In this document: positions 52,727-62,496 of the stretch, piece after piece
How positions within the stretch are numbered: the stretch's first letter is position 1
How the letters are laid out: every line of letters begins with the position of its first letter
Assembly: GCA_902572735.1 (NCBI GenBank)
Contig: CACGGX010000004.1
Span: 7,743-71,742, forward strand
DNA: 64,000 bases
Reading direction: 5' to 3'
Source: an uncultured Alphaproteobacteria bacterium
Lineage (GTDB): Bacteria > Pseudomonadota > Alphaproteobacteria > HIMB59 > GCA-002718135
The notes under the pieces: generated by a model
The model's input: the letters and a program-made list of their open reading frames with translations, nothing else
The model's database searches: none
Told to the model about the DNA's origin: nothing
Program-made: the position numbers and the translations under genes

Positions 52727-53808
52727 TGAAAATTAAAAACGACAATTTTTATGCATATTTATTAATATTACCTTTTATAGTCTTCTTTTTATCTTTTCTA
52801 ATCTATCCATTTGGTAAATTATTTTATATGAGTTTTTTTGATTGGAATTTGATGGCTGTAGCTATCAATCCAGATAACAAAAAATTTATTGGATTTGAAA
52901 ATTATATATATTTGTTAGCTGGAGAAGGTGTTTATTATGATTTTACCGTTTTTTTAACTCCAATAAAAATTTGTCTGCTTTTATTGATAATTGCTACTAT
53001 TTATATTTTTCATAAAAACGAAATATTAAAGCATAATGTTGGTTTAAAGTTTTTCTTTATATTTGCTCTAATTGTTTATTTTATGAATGGAATTAAACCA
53101 ACAGAAGATGCGTATTGGGAAGACGATCTATTTTGGAAAACAGTAAGAAATACAATTATTTTAGCTTTTTACTCTGCCTATGGTGTTACCTTCATTGCTG
53201 TCATTTTAGCCATTGCAACAAATAAAAAAGGTGTAACGTTTACCATTATTAGAACGATGTTCTGGGCAACTGGTGGTGTTGGAGTTGTAGGATTATCATT
53301 AGTATTCTCTCAACTTTTTGCTCCATATGCAAGTTTAGTAAATAATGCATTAGAGGCTTTTGGTTATGATCCTTATCCTTTTACACAAAAAACAATTGCA
53401 GGTAGATTTGTAATTATTTTTGCAACTGTTTGGTGGACAATTGGCTTGCCAATAATTTTATTTATTGCCGCCCTTCAACAAATTCCTGATGAAAGATATG
53501 AAGCTGCACGAATAGACGGTGCATCAAATAGTCAAATGTTTTGGTATATAACTTTACCAGGGGTAAGTAGAATTTTTCTTCTAGTTTCTGTTTTACAAAT
53601 TATTTCACATTTACAAATATTCGCTCAGTCACAACTTCTTACTGGAGGCGGACCAGATAATAATTCAAGAACATTAGTTCAATTAATTTATGAATATTCT
53701 TTTAGAGATATGAGAATGGGCTCAGGTGCTGCAGTTTCAGTAGTGCTATTTTTAATCATAGGTTTTTTTACCTTTTTACAATTTAGGTTATTTAGAGAAA
53801 ATGAGTAA
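52726..53808 (+). CDS. Carbohydrate ABC transporter permease (MalF/UgpA type) with an extended N-terminal half
   Basis: 360 aa. The EAA loop is AARIDGASNSQMFWYITLPGV, in a multi-TM context. Confidence 0.8.
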   Translation: MKIKNDNFYAYLLILPFIVFFLSFLIYPFGKLFYMSFFDWNLMAVAINPDNKKFIGFENYIYLLAGEGVYYDFTVFLTPIKICLLLLIIATIYIFHKNEILKHNVGLKFFFIFALIVYFMNGIKPTEDAYWEDDLFWKTVRNTIILAFYSAYGVTFIAVILAIATNKKGVTFTIIRTMFWATGGVGVVGLSLVFSQLFAPYASLVNNALEAFGYDPYPFTQKTIAGRFVIIFATVWWTIGLPIILFIAALQQIPDERYEAARIDGASNSQMFWYITLPGVSRIFLLVSVLQIISHLQIFAQSQLLTGGGPDNNSRTLVQLIYEYSFRDMRMGSGAAVSVVLFLIIGFFTFLQFRLFRENE

Positions 53809-54622
53809 AAGATTAACTCTCAATTTTTTTGTAATTTTAATAGCCTGCTTAATATGGTTTACACCAGTTGTATGGGTAATCTCCCTCTCTTTTCAACCAA
53901 ACGAATTATTACAAAAAACAACTACAAATTTCCTATTTGGATTTTTTCCTATTCCTTTTACTGTTGAAAATTATATTAAAATGTGGAGTTCAAACTTTGA
54001 TATATGGGTTATGAACAGTTTAATAGTTGCGTTATGTGCAACATTTTTCACTACAGTATTTTGCTCAATGGCAGGATACGCATTTGCAAGAATTGATTTT
54101 TTTGGTCGTAAATTTATATATCCACTTGTTCTTGGTGGATTAATGATACCCGGTGAATTATTATTCATCCCTCTCTTTACGCAGTTTAGTTCTTTAGGAC
54201 TAAATAATACGCATACAGGTTTATTTCTACCAAAGCTTGCAATTCCATTTGGTGTTTTTATTATGACACAATATTTTAAAGGTGTTCCAAAAGAAGTAGA
54301 GGAAGCTTCTGTTATTGATGGAGCTAATCGTTTGCAAATTTTTGTTAGAATTATGCTGCCATTAGCACTACCTGCGATTTTTACAGTAGCTATAGTGAAT
54401 TTTGGTGGAGCATGGAATGATTATGTATGGCCTCTTGTATCTGCCTCAGAACAGCACATGAGAACACTTCAGGTTGGTATGTCTCTTCAGTTAGGAAATA
54501 GATTGGGTATGTATATGGGCACATCCTTAGCAGGAATTATTATTTCTACTGTTCCAACTATTTTTCTTTTAGTATACTTTCAAAAATATCTACTGAGAGG
54601 TTTTGCATTAGGAACAAAATAA
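53801..54622 (+). CDS. Carbohydrate ABC transporter permease (MalG/UgpE type)
   Basis: 273 aa. The EAA loop is EASVIDGANRLQIFVRIMLPLALPA. It overlaps the upstream permease gene by 8 nt. Confidence 0.85.
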   Translation: MSKRLTLNFFVILIACLIWFTPVVWVISLSFQPNELLQKTTTNFLFGFFPIPFTVENYIKMWSSNFDIWVMNSLIVALCATFFTTVFCSMAGYAFARIDFFGRKFIYPLVLGGLMIPGELLFIPLFTQFSSLGLNNTHTGLFLPKLAIPFGVFIMTQYFKGVPKEVEEASVIDGANRLQIFVRIMLPLALPAIFTVAIVNFGGAWNDYVWPLVSASEQHMRTLQVGMSLQLGNRLGMYMGTSLAGIIISTVPTIFLLVYFQKYLLRGFALGTK

Positions 54623-54629
54623 ATTTGTT

Positions 54630-55436
54630 TTAATTAATTTTTGTTTTAATAAAATTTATACTTCTGTTAACAATATTATAAATATCCTTAGTTTTTATTA
54701 ATTCTTCAGAAAATGGCTCGAAAGAAAATTGTCCTTTATAATTATTATTTAATAGTGTTTTAATTTGAGAAATATTTTCAATAATATCTTTGTCATCAAC
54801 TATTGATCTATGACTATCTTTTAAATCAATGTCTTTGTATAAGTTTGATACTCCAGAAAAATGAACCAAGCCTGTTAGTGAAGGAAAAAAATCACTCTCA
54901 TTTGCTAGAAAATGATGAAAAGTGTCATGAACTAATTTTAATCTATCAGTTTGTAAATCGTTAATTATATTTGAAACAATAGATTTAATTCGCAAAGAGG
55001 ATTGGTTAAATCCAAGAGGCTCCACTAATCCAATTCTATTATAATCTTTAAGAATACTATTAATATGAATTAAGGAATGATTTAATAAATTTAATTTCTC
55101 ATTTCCAGATTTAATTGATCCATCATTTAAAGGAACTAAAACGATAGAATTAATATTAGCCTTCTCGGCATATTTACATAATGAAATTAATTCATCTTCT
55201 CTTTCTTTATTCCAGATATTGAATTTTTGAAGAGCGTTTATTGATAAAATATTTATTTGATTATCATTACAAATATTTTTAATTTTTATTGGTTCATTTT
55301 GAGCAATTAAATTTGTTTTTATGTCATTTCGAATTTCTATAAAATTAATATTTAATTTTTTTGTAAACAATATGAATTCTTCAAATGAAATATCTGGACA
55401 TAATATTTGATTTAATGAAAAAATATTAGAATTCAT
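54630..55436 (-). CDS. Xylose-isomerase-like TIM-barrel protein (sugar phosphate isomerase/epimerase family)
   Basis: 268 aa. The alternating beta/alpha pattern includes the FIEIRND, VEPLGF and HDTFH motifs typical of the AP_endonuc_2 fold. Confidence 0.55.
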   Translation of the reverse strand: MNSNIFSLNQILCPDISFEEFILFTKKLNINFIEIRNDIKTNLIAQNEPIKIKNICNDNQINILSINALQKFNIWNKEREDELISLCKYAEKANINSIVLVPLNDGSIKSGNEKLNLLNHSLIHINSILKDYNRIGLVEPLGFNQSSLRIKSIVSNIINDLQTDRLKLVHDTFHHFLANESDFFPSLTGLVHFSGVSNLYKDIDLKDSHRSIVDDKDIIENISQIKTLLNNNYKGQFSFEPFSEELIKTKDIYNIVNRSINFIKTKIN

Positions 55437-55444
55437 AAAATAAT

Positions 55445-56992
55445 TTATTTTATTTTTAAGAGAATAAATAAATATGATAATTTAGGTATTTTAGCCATTA
55501 AATTTTCATTTTGAAAAGTTGCTATATTAGTTTTTTTTGGAACAATTTCGTTTGGTTCGTTAATAGTGTTTGATGCATATATATTTGTATGATTAATTAT
55601 TTGCTGATCAATTATTTTAATAATTGGTAAGTTATTTATATCAAAATCTAAATCTACACTTTCTTCTTCTGATCTATTAATAATAAAAAAAGATAATGTT
55701 TTTTCTTCTTCATTTATTACAGCAGATGCATCTACATAGTTAACATCATCAGCTATATCACTTGAATACTTAGGTGAATTAATTTTAAGTTGAAGCGACT
55801 CCCCTCTTCCATATAAAGATGCAAAATAAAGCGGGTAATATACTGATTGCCTCCAGCTAATTCCATTTTTTACTGTAGAAATTGCCGGAATAACATTAAC
55901 AAGTTGAGCCATACAGGCAATTTTAACGATATGTGAGTTATTAATAAAAGTATTGATCACAGTTCCAATAAGTAAACAGTCTAACAAATTATATTCTTCT
56001 TCTAAAATTGGGTATGCTTTGGGCCAATCTTTAATATCTGAATTTAAATGAGTATTCATTTTTTTAATACTATGATACCAAGGTTGATATTCATCAAAGC
56101 TAATTTTAATATTTTTTTTTGATCTTTTTTTTGACTTTATAAAATTTATTGTGCTTTCAACATTAGATATGTATGTTTGAAGACCTATACTATTAGTTAA
56201 ATAATTAGTTGTATTATATTTGCCAATTTCTCTTTCATCAGATCTATGTTCTGAATTACTCCAATATTTATGCATAGAAATATAATCTACGGAGTCATAA
56301 GTTAAATCTAATACTTCTCTTTCCCATTCTGGAAATGTTTTCATTGTATCTGACGAACTTCCACAAACAACTAATTCAATATTTTTATCAAATAAACGCA
56401 TAGCTTTTGCAGTTTCATTGGCAAGTCTTCCGTATTCATAAGCTGTTTTATGACCAACCTGCCATTCACCATCCATTTCATTACCCAAGCACCACATTTT
56501 AATATTATGAGGGTCTTTGAATCCATGTTTTATTCGTAAATCACTCCAATAAGAGCCACTTGGATGGTTACAATATTCTATAATATTTCTTGCTGCATCA
56601 ATACCTCTAGTCCCAAGATTAATAGCATAAATAGGCTCTGTGTTAACTTTTTTACACCATTTAATAAATTCATTTAAACCAAATTCATTAGTCTCTTTAC
56701 TTTTCCAAGCTAAGTCTAATCTTGTTGGTCTATCTTCTTTTGAGCCAATGGAATCTTCCCAATTAAAAGCTGAAACGAAATTACCACCAGGATATCTAAC
56801 TGCAGGCATATTTAATTCAGAAACTAATTTCATTACATCTTTTCTAAAGCCATTTTCATCTGCCTCTGAATGATCAGGTTCGTAAATACCTTCGTATATT
56901 GCTCTTCCAAGATGTTCTAAAAATGAACTATATATTCTTTTATCAATTTGACTAATTTTATAATCTTTATGCAGAACAATTTTAACTTTCAT
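55445..56992 (-). CDS. abfA: Alpha-L-arabinofuranosidase (GH51)
   Basis: 515 aa. It carries FLEHLGRAIYEGIYEP, RYPGGNFVS and the acid/base region WCLGNEMDGEWQVGH. The nucleophile region is ISFDEY and the beta-sandwich C-terminus is typical of GH51. Confidence 0.85.
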   Translation of the reverse strand: MKVKIVLHKDYKISQIDKRIYSSFLEHLGRAIYEGIYEPDHSEADENGFRKDVMKLVSELNMPAVRYPGGNFVSAFNWEDSIGSKEDRPTRLDLAWKSKETNEFGLNEFIKWCKKVNTEPIYAINLGTRGIDAARNIIEYCNHPSGSYWSDLRIKHGFKDPHNIKMWCLGNEMDGEWQVGHKTAYEYGRLANETAKAMRLFDKNIELVVCGSSSDTMKTFPEWEREVLDLTYDSVDYISMHKYWSNSEHRSDEREIGKYNTTNYLTNSIGLQTYISNVESTINFIKSKKRSKKNIKISFDEYQPWYHSIKKMNTHLNSDIKDWPKAYPILEEEYNLLDCLLIGTVINTFINNSHIVKIACMAQLVNVIPAISTVKNGISWRQSVYYPLYFASLYGRGESLQLKINSPKYSSDIADDVNYVDASAVINEEEKTLSFFIINRSEEESVDLDFDINNLPIIKIIDQQIINHTNIYASNTINEPNEIVPKKTNIATFQNENLMAKIPKLSYLFILLKIK

Positions 56993-57079
56993 AAAATAAT
57001 TTATATTAACAAGAATTGAAAAATCATAATTAAAAAAGATTTAATTACAATAATTATTAAAATATAAATTTGAATAGAT

Positions 57080-57880
57080 ATGAATAATTTACCTGATATT
57101 GATAGTTTTTATAGTTTAGAAAATGAAAAGATTGATTTTTTTTGGAAAAATGGCTTTGTAGTATTAAAAAATGTTTTATCAAAGAGTGAAATTTCTACAT
57201 ATAGAGATGAAATAAAAAAAGTAGCAGAAGAAAGAAATAAAAATAAAGATAAAGAATTTGGTGGTGCTTTTTATCAAGCACTTAATATCCGCTATGATTC
57301 TAAGGGTGTCGAAAAATTTTGTTTATCAAAACGTTTGGGGAAAATTGCTGCTGATTTAATGAGGGTTAATGCTGTTCGAATATTTCATGAGCAAGCAATT
57401 TTTAAACATCCAGGAGATACAAAATCATATTGGCACCAAGACCAATTTTTTTGGCCCTTAGATACTAATTTACATATTGGAATGTGGATGCCTTTGATCG
57501 ATTGTACAAAAGATATGGGTATTATGCGATTTGTAAAAAATTCTCATACAATGGGTGATTTAATGGGTATATCAATAAATAAAAAATCAGAAGATCATTA
57601 TGATAAAATAATTGAAGAAAAAAATTTGGAAGTTGTTGAATTGGAATCAATAGATGCTGGTGATTGTACTTTTCATTTTGGATGGACTATTCATGGAGCT
57701 GGATTAAATAAATCAGACAAAATACGTGAAGCAATGGTTGTAACATACTATGCAGATGGATCTCGTGTAGGCAAACTTGATACAAAAGATAGAAAAGGAG
57801 ATGCTGAATTATTTCTTGGTGGAAAAAAAGCTGGAGAAATAGCCGATCATCCGATGAACAAAATTGTTTATCAGCGCTAA
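57080..57880 (+). CDS. Phytanoyl-CoA dioxygenase (PhyH) family Fe(II)/2-oxoglutarate oxygenase
   Basis: 266 aa. It has the N-terminal F...GFVVLKNVLS, the WHQDQFFWPL motif (HxD facial triad) and a distal HGAG His. Confidence 0.7.
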   Translation: MNNLPDIDSFYSLENEKIDFFWKNGFVVLKNVLSKSEISTYRDEIKKVAEERNKNKDKEFGGAFYQALNIRYDSKGVEKFCLSKRLGKIAADLMRVNAVRIFHEQAIFKHPGDTKSYWHQDQFFWPLDTNLHIGMWMPLIDCTKDMGIMRFVKNSHTMGDLMGISINKKSEDHYDKIIEEKNLEVVELESIDAGDCTFHFGWTIHGAGLNKSDKIREAMVVTYYADGSRVGKLDTKDRKGDAELFLGGKKAGEIADHPMNKIVYQR

Positions 57881-58857
57881 ATATTTATAACTTTTTTTAA
57901 TTTAAAAGATTTAATTGATGCAAGTGCAAGTTCTAAAGCTCGTTTTCCAGCTTCAGCATGTATTGGCGGTTTTTTGCCTTTAATAAAATTATTAATTACT
58001 TCTTTATAATGCTCATCAAATGTTCGTAAAAACTCTCTTTCGTAATCATTAAAAAATCCTGCTTTCCACACTTCAGCGGTTTCACTATCTTTCTTATTAA
58101 ATGTATATTTTTGTACCTGATCCTCTATTAAAATTCTTCCCTTTGAACCATTTATTTCTACATAATGAGAATTAGGATATTGATAAGATGTATCATATGA
58201 TCCAAGCAAGCTTCCAATTGATTTGTTTTTGAAATTCATTGATACAACCATCGTACTAAAACCTTTTTTTGTTTTATCTGTCATAAACGAATGAACTGAT
58301 TTTATTGGTCCATTTAAATATTCAAGCATATCAAATCCATGGCATTGAGTTTCAATTAAGTTCCCGTTAGGATCTAAATTTTTTCCACCTCCTCCACCAC
58401 CAAATCTCCATGTAATAAAATTAATTTCTCCTAACTGATTATTTTTAATAGCTTTAATCGCTTTTTTTACTGGAGTAGAATAATGCCAATTAAAATTAAT
58501 TCCAAAAAAGAGATTTCTTTTTTTAGCTTCAGTTAAAAGTTTATTTGCTTCACTCATTTTAAAAACAAGAGGTTTCTCAACAAATAAAGGAGTATTAGAT
58601 TTAATCACTTTCATTGTCATGTCGTAATGATGCTCATTTGGAAGACTTATATTTATTAAATCAGGTTTTTGATTTTTTATTAGTTCTTTGAAATCAGTAT
58701 AATATGGAACATCATAAAGTTTGGCTCTGTTTTTAGTTCTTTCTTTATTTCTTCCTAAAATGCCACAGAACTCCACTTGAGGGCATTGTGAAAGAATACG
58801 GCAATGTTGTAAAGACCAATTACCAGTTCCAATAAGTGCAACTTTTATCTTTTTCAT
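57877..58857 (-). CDS. Gfo/Idh/MocA family NAD(P)-dependent oxidoreductase
   Basis: 326 aa. The N-terminal Rossmann segment is IKVALIGTGNWSLQH, and the EKP motif appears as FVEKPL. Confidence 0.8.
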   Translation of the reverse strand: MKKIKVALIGTGNWSLQHCRILSQCPQVEFCGILGRNKERTKNRAKLYDVPYYTDFKELIKNQKPDLINISLPNEHHYDMTMKVIKSNTPLFVEKPLVFKMSEANKLLTEAKKRNLFFGINFNWHYSTPVKKAIKAIKNNQLGEINFITWRFGGGGGGKNLDPNGNLIETQCHGFDMLEYLNGPIKSVHSFMTDKTKKGFSTMVVSMNFKNKSIGSLLGSYDTSYQYPNSHYVEINGSKGRILIEDQVQKYTFNKKDSETAEVWKAGFFNDYEREFLRTFDEHYKEVINNFIKGKKPPIHAEAGKRALELALASIKSFKLKKVINI

Positions 58858-58860
58858 AAA

Positions 58861-59895
58861 TTATTTATGAACAACAGCTATTTTACCTGCATCAGATTCA
58901 GGAGAGAAAAAATGTTCGTAAGATTTTTGAACATCTTCAATATTATATTGATGTGTAATTATTTGAGATAAATATTCTTGGTTATTTTTAAGTAATTCAT
59001 GATTTGCTTCCATCTCATTGTAAGAAAAATATTCACTACCAAGAATGCTTCTTTCAGGACCTCCCATATCTGGATATTGTTCAAATTCCAAACCTTCACC
59101 ATTACCAACCATAACTAGCACACCTCTTTTAGCTAAAGCTTGAAGAGCATTTTTTCTGGCTATTGCTTTGCCTGTGGCATCAATAGCAACATCTGGGTTT
59201 TTAATTCCGTGTTGTTCCATTCCCTCTTCTAAAGATTGTTTTGATAAGTCTATAGGTAAGCCGCCCATCTTTTCCGCTAATGGCAATCTAGATGATTTAA
59301 CATCATTAATCAGAACAGGTAAATCTTTTGCAAAAGTTAATTTACTCATCGCTAAAAGTCCAAGACCTATAGGCCCTGCTCCATTTATTAGTACAGATTG
59401 GGTATCTTTATGAATTAGTTGAGCTCTTTTTGTAGCATGACCACCAGTACCCATTACATCTAAAAGCAATGTCGCATTGATTACATCTACACTTTCATCA
59501 ACTGGAAAAAAAACATAATCATTTACAAGGTAATATTCACAAAAAGCACCATCAACGTTAAAACCATAATCACAGTTTTTATGTAAACATTGATTAGTTA
59601 AACCTAATTGGCAACTGCGACATTTATGGCAATAATCATACAAGTACACAGCACCTTTCATGCCAATATCAAATTTAGCATTTTTTCCCTTATCTACAAT
59701 TACTCCAGCTCCTTCATGTCCTGGAATACATTGAGGGCTTCCATTATAAAATTGATTTCTGTCTGAGCCACACAATAAATTTGCTTTTGCTTGAATCAAA
59801 AGTTGATTATCACCTGGAGTTGGAATTTTTCTTTCTTCAAAATGTACTTTACCTTCTCCTGTAAAGATTGGAACATTCATAAATTCATTTTTCAT
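58861..59895 (-). CDS. Zinc-dependent medium-chain alcohol/polyol dehydrogenase
   Basis: 344 aa. It has CGSD, GHEGAGVIVDKG, a structural-zinc Cys cluster (CHKCRSCQLGLTNQC) and a GAGPIGL dinucleotide fold. Confidence 0.8.
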   Translation of the reverse strand: MKNEFMNVPIFTGEGKVHFEERKIPTPGDNQLLIQAKANLLCGSDRNQFYNGSPQCIPGHEGAGVIVDKGKNAKFDIGMKGAVYLYDYCHKCRSCQLGLTNQCLHKNCDYGFNVDGAFCEYYLVNDYVFFPVDESVDVINATLLLDVMGTGGHATKRAQLIHKDTQSVLINGAGPIGLGLLAMSKLTFAKDLPVLINDVKSSRLPLAEKMGGLPIDLSKQSLEEGMEQHGIKNPDVAIDATGKAIARKNALQALAKRGVLVMVGNGEGLEFEQYPDMGGPERSILGSEYFSYNEMEANHELLKNNQEYLSQIITHQYNIEDVQKSYEHFFSPESDAGKIAVVHK

Positions 59896-59898
59896 ATT

Positions 59899-60717
59899 TC
59901 AAGTAGATGAAATTATACTCTTAAAATAAAATTTTTGAAGCAAAATGAAAATAATCATGAAAGGTAAGTAAGAAATTACATATCCGGCATATGGATAAAT
60001 TGACCTAAACCCAATTTTAGAAAGAGTGACATTTAACATTTGCATATCAGCAGAGTTCATAATGATAAATGCAAGTAAATAATCTGTCCAAGAAATATAG
60101 ATAGCAAATATAATTAAAGTAATTAAACCAGGGATAGCTAATGGAAGCATAATTGAAAAAAGAATTTGTATTTCTGAACTATCATTTAATATTGCCACTT
60201 CACGTAGAGATTTTGGGATACTATTAAAAGAATTGAACATTAAAAAAAATCCAATTGGAAGAACATAAATAGTATAAATGAAAATTAAACCTAAATAACT
60301 ATCATTTAGATTAATTTTATAGAGCAAAATATATAAAGGAATAATTATTGAATAAACTGGAATTAAAAAAGGTAAAATTAATAAAATAAATATAAATTTT
60401 TTATAGGGTATTTTTAGTAATGAAATGGCATAGCCTGCTAATACATTAATAACTAATGATAATATGACAGTTCCGCTTGTTACAACTAAACTATTAAAAA
60501 AAGATTGTTTGAAAGTATTTTTATTTGTTCTTATTTCTAAATCCCAAATAGTAAAAAAATTATTCAAAGTAAATGTACTTAAAAAATTATCAAACCTAAT
60601 TTCAGTTGTAGTTTTAAGAGAAAGAATTAATATTATTAGAACAGGAAATAATATTAAAATAGATAAAACAGTATTAATCGTATAGTACCAAAACTTGTCC
60701 TTAAAAATAAAAGACAT
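59899..60717 (-). CDS. Carbohydrate ABC transporter permease, MalG type (most diverged of three tandem copies)
   Basis: 272 aa. The EAA-like loop is EVAILNDSSEIQILFSIMLPLAIPG, in which the conserved Gly of E-A-A...G is replaced (LND). The composition is highly I/L/F-rich. Confidence 0.7.
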   Translation of the reverse strand: MSFIFKDKFWYYTINTVLSILILFPVLIILILSLKTTTEIRFDNFLSTFTLNNFFTIWDLEIRTNKNTFKQSFFNSLVVTSGTVILSLVINVLAGYAISLLKIPYKKFIFILLILPFLIPVYSIIIPLYILLYKINLNDSYLGLIFIYTIYVLPIGFFLMFNSFNSIPKSLREVAILNDSSEIQILFSIMLPLAIPGLITLIIFAIYISWTDYLLAFIIMNSADMQMLNVTLSKIGFRSIYPYAGYVISYLPFMIIFILLQKFYFKSIISST

Positions 60718-60722
60718 AGCTT

Positions 60723-61619
60723 TTATTCTTTAACGGCACTTCCTGTAATACCTCTAATAAAGTATCTTTGTAAAATTGAATAAATAATAATAATTGGTAT
60801 AAAACTTATAATTGAACCTGCTGTTAAATTACCCCATTTCATTTCAAATTTAGCACCTCCGAGTGCTATTTTGGCAAGTGTAGTATTAAGCATAATATTT
60901 TCTGGACTATTTATATATATGAAAGCCAAGATGTAATCATTCCATGAAATATATAAGGCAAAAACCATTACTGTTAATAATCCTGGCACTGCCAGAGGTA
61001 TCATTATTGTAGTCATAATTCTTAATTCTGAAGTTCCCTCTAACAAAGCTACCTCTCTCAATGATGAAGGAATACTACTAAATGCATTTCTCATCATAAA
61101 AACACCAATAGGCAGCATACCTGTTGCATGTAAAAATATTAATCCAATATGAGTATCTGTTAAGCCAAGAGATTTAAGTAATTTATAGATTGGTATAATC
61201 AATGAAACTGCAGGAATTAATATCGGTAAAATTAATGCTATAAAAATTGCTTCTTTAAATGGTATCCTAAAAAAAGTTAAAGAATAACCAGCTAGTGTTG
61301 AAACGATTAAAGATAGAACAATAGTTCCTAATGTGACTATACTACTATTAAAAAAAGCTCTTTCAATACCTGCTGTTATGGTTGTACTTCCAGATATTTT
61401 TTTTTGCAGTTTAGTTCTCATTTCATCATCGAAGTTCCATGTTGTGTCATAGTACTCCCATGTCCAATTATGAGGATAGAAAGTTGGGTTACTTGTAATT
61501 AATTCATCTGGAACTTTAACAGAAGAAATAAAAGTCCAGTAAATAGGGAATAATATTATAACTACTAAAGCATAGTTTATAACATAATACCAATACCAAT
61601 CAGATGAATACCTTTTCAT
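60723..61619 (-). CDS. Carbohydrate ABC transporter permease, MalG type (copy 2)
   Basis: 298 aa. The EAA loop is EVALLEGTSELRIMTTIMIPLAVPG. The C-terminus RGITGSAVKE is nearly identical to that of copy 1. Confidence 0.85.
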   Translation of the reverse strand: MKRYSSDWYWYYVINYALVVIILFPIYWTFISSVKVPDELITSNPTFYPHNWTWEYYDTTWNFDDEMRTKLQKKISGSTTITAGIERAFFNSSIVTLGTIVLSLIVSTLAGYSLTFFRIPFKEAIFIALILPILIPAVSLIIPIYKLLKSLGLTDTHIGLIFLHATGMLPIGVFMMRNAFSSIPSSLREVALLEGTSELRIMTTIMIPLAVPGLLTVMVFALYISWNDYILAFIYINSPENIMLNTTLAKIALGGAKFEMKWGNLTAGSIISFIPIIIIYSILQRYFIRGITGSAVKE

Positions 61620-61620
61620 G

Positions 61621-62481
61621 TTACTCTTTTACGGCACTTCCAGTCACTCCCCTAACAAAGTATTGTTGAAGAAAAATATAGAAAATTATAATTGGTACAA
61701 AACTTATTATTGCTCCGGCATTTAAAAGCCCCCAAAAAGTATCAAATTGAGATCCTGCAAATGTTAATTTCATTAGGAAAACATTTAACATTTCCATATC
61801 AATCGTATTTACAAAGAGAAAAGCTAAAATAAAATCATTCCATGAACCATAAAGAGCAAAAACCATGAGTGTTAAAAGACCTGGTATGGCTAATGGCAAC
61901 ATCACAGTAAACATAATTCGTAACTCACTAGAACCCTCTAACAAAGCTACCTCACGTAAAGATGTTGGTATACTCATAAAAGCATTTCTCATTAAAAAAA
62001 CACCTAAAGTTAGCATGCCTGTGGAGTGAATTAAGATTAAGCCTAAATATGAGTTCATCAATCCAAGCTCTTTTACTAATTTATAAAGAGGAATTAGGAG
62101 TGATATTCCAGGTATTAAAATTGGCATAATTATAAGTAAAAAAATAAAATGTCTAAATGGTGTTCTTAAAATAGTAAGAGCATATGCAGCTAAAGTAGAA
62201 ATAACTGCTGAAACCACTACAGTTCCAATTGAAACAATTGCACTATTTGTAAATGCAGATCTTACATTACCTCTAGAGCTAGTGGGCTCTAAGTTCCAAA
62301 TTCTTTCATAACTTTCAAATGTTGGATTTATAGGAAAGAGTGTTGGGGTATTTGTTATTAATTCATCAGGTGGTTTTATAGATGAAACAAAAGCCCAATA
62401 AATAGGAAATGAAACAAGAACAATAAAAGTGACATTTATAAGATAATATAAATACCAATCTGTTTTATATTTTTGCATCAA
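61621..62481 (-). CDS. Carbohydrate ABC transporter permease, MalG type (copy 1)
   Basis: 286 aa. The EAA loop is EVALLEGSSELRIMFTVMLPLAIPG and the C-terminus is RGVTGSAVKE. Confidence 0.85.
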   Translation of the reverse strand: MMQKYKTDWYLYYLINVTFIVLVSFPIYWAFVSSIKPPDELITNTPTLFPINPTFESYERIWNLEPTSSRGNVRSAFTNSAIVSIGTVVVSAVISTLAAYALTILRTPFRHFIFLLIIMPILIPGISLLIPLYKLVKELGLMNSYLGLILIHSTGMLTLGVFLMRNAFMSIPTSLREVALLEGSSELRIMFTVMLPLAIPGLLTLMVFALYGSWNDFILAFLFVNTIDMEMLNVFLMKLTFAGSQFDTFWGLLNAGAIISFVPIIIFYIFLQQYFVRGVTGSAVKE

Positions 62482-62496
62482 TTAAACTAATTAAAA

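Noticed and set aside
1093-60685. Other short antisense ORFs from the track: 1093-1281, 3850-4110, 9852-10070, 11777-12037, 15675-15863, 17887-18075, 21807-22007, 30191-30406, 31258-31443, 33440-33622, 37120-37416, 39106-39288, 41373-41579, 47438-47641, 47844-48026, 47998-48240, 49543-49740, 53971-54168, 56640-56873, 59168-59413, 60464-60685
   Set aside because: Each lies wholly or largely inside a longer opposite-strand ORF that has clear family motifs. Their translations are low-complexity (F/I/L/K/N-rich), as expected from antisense AT-rich coding DNA.
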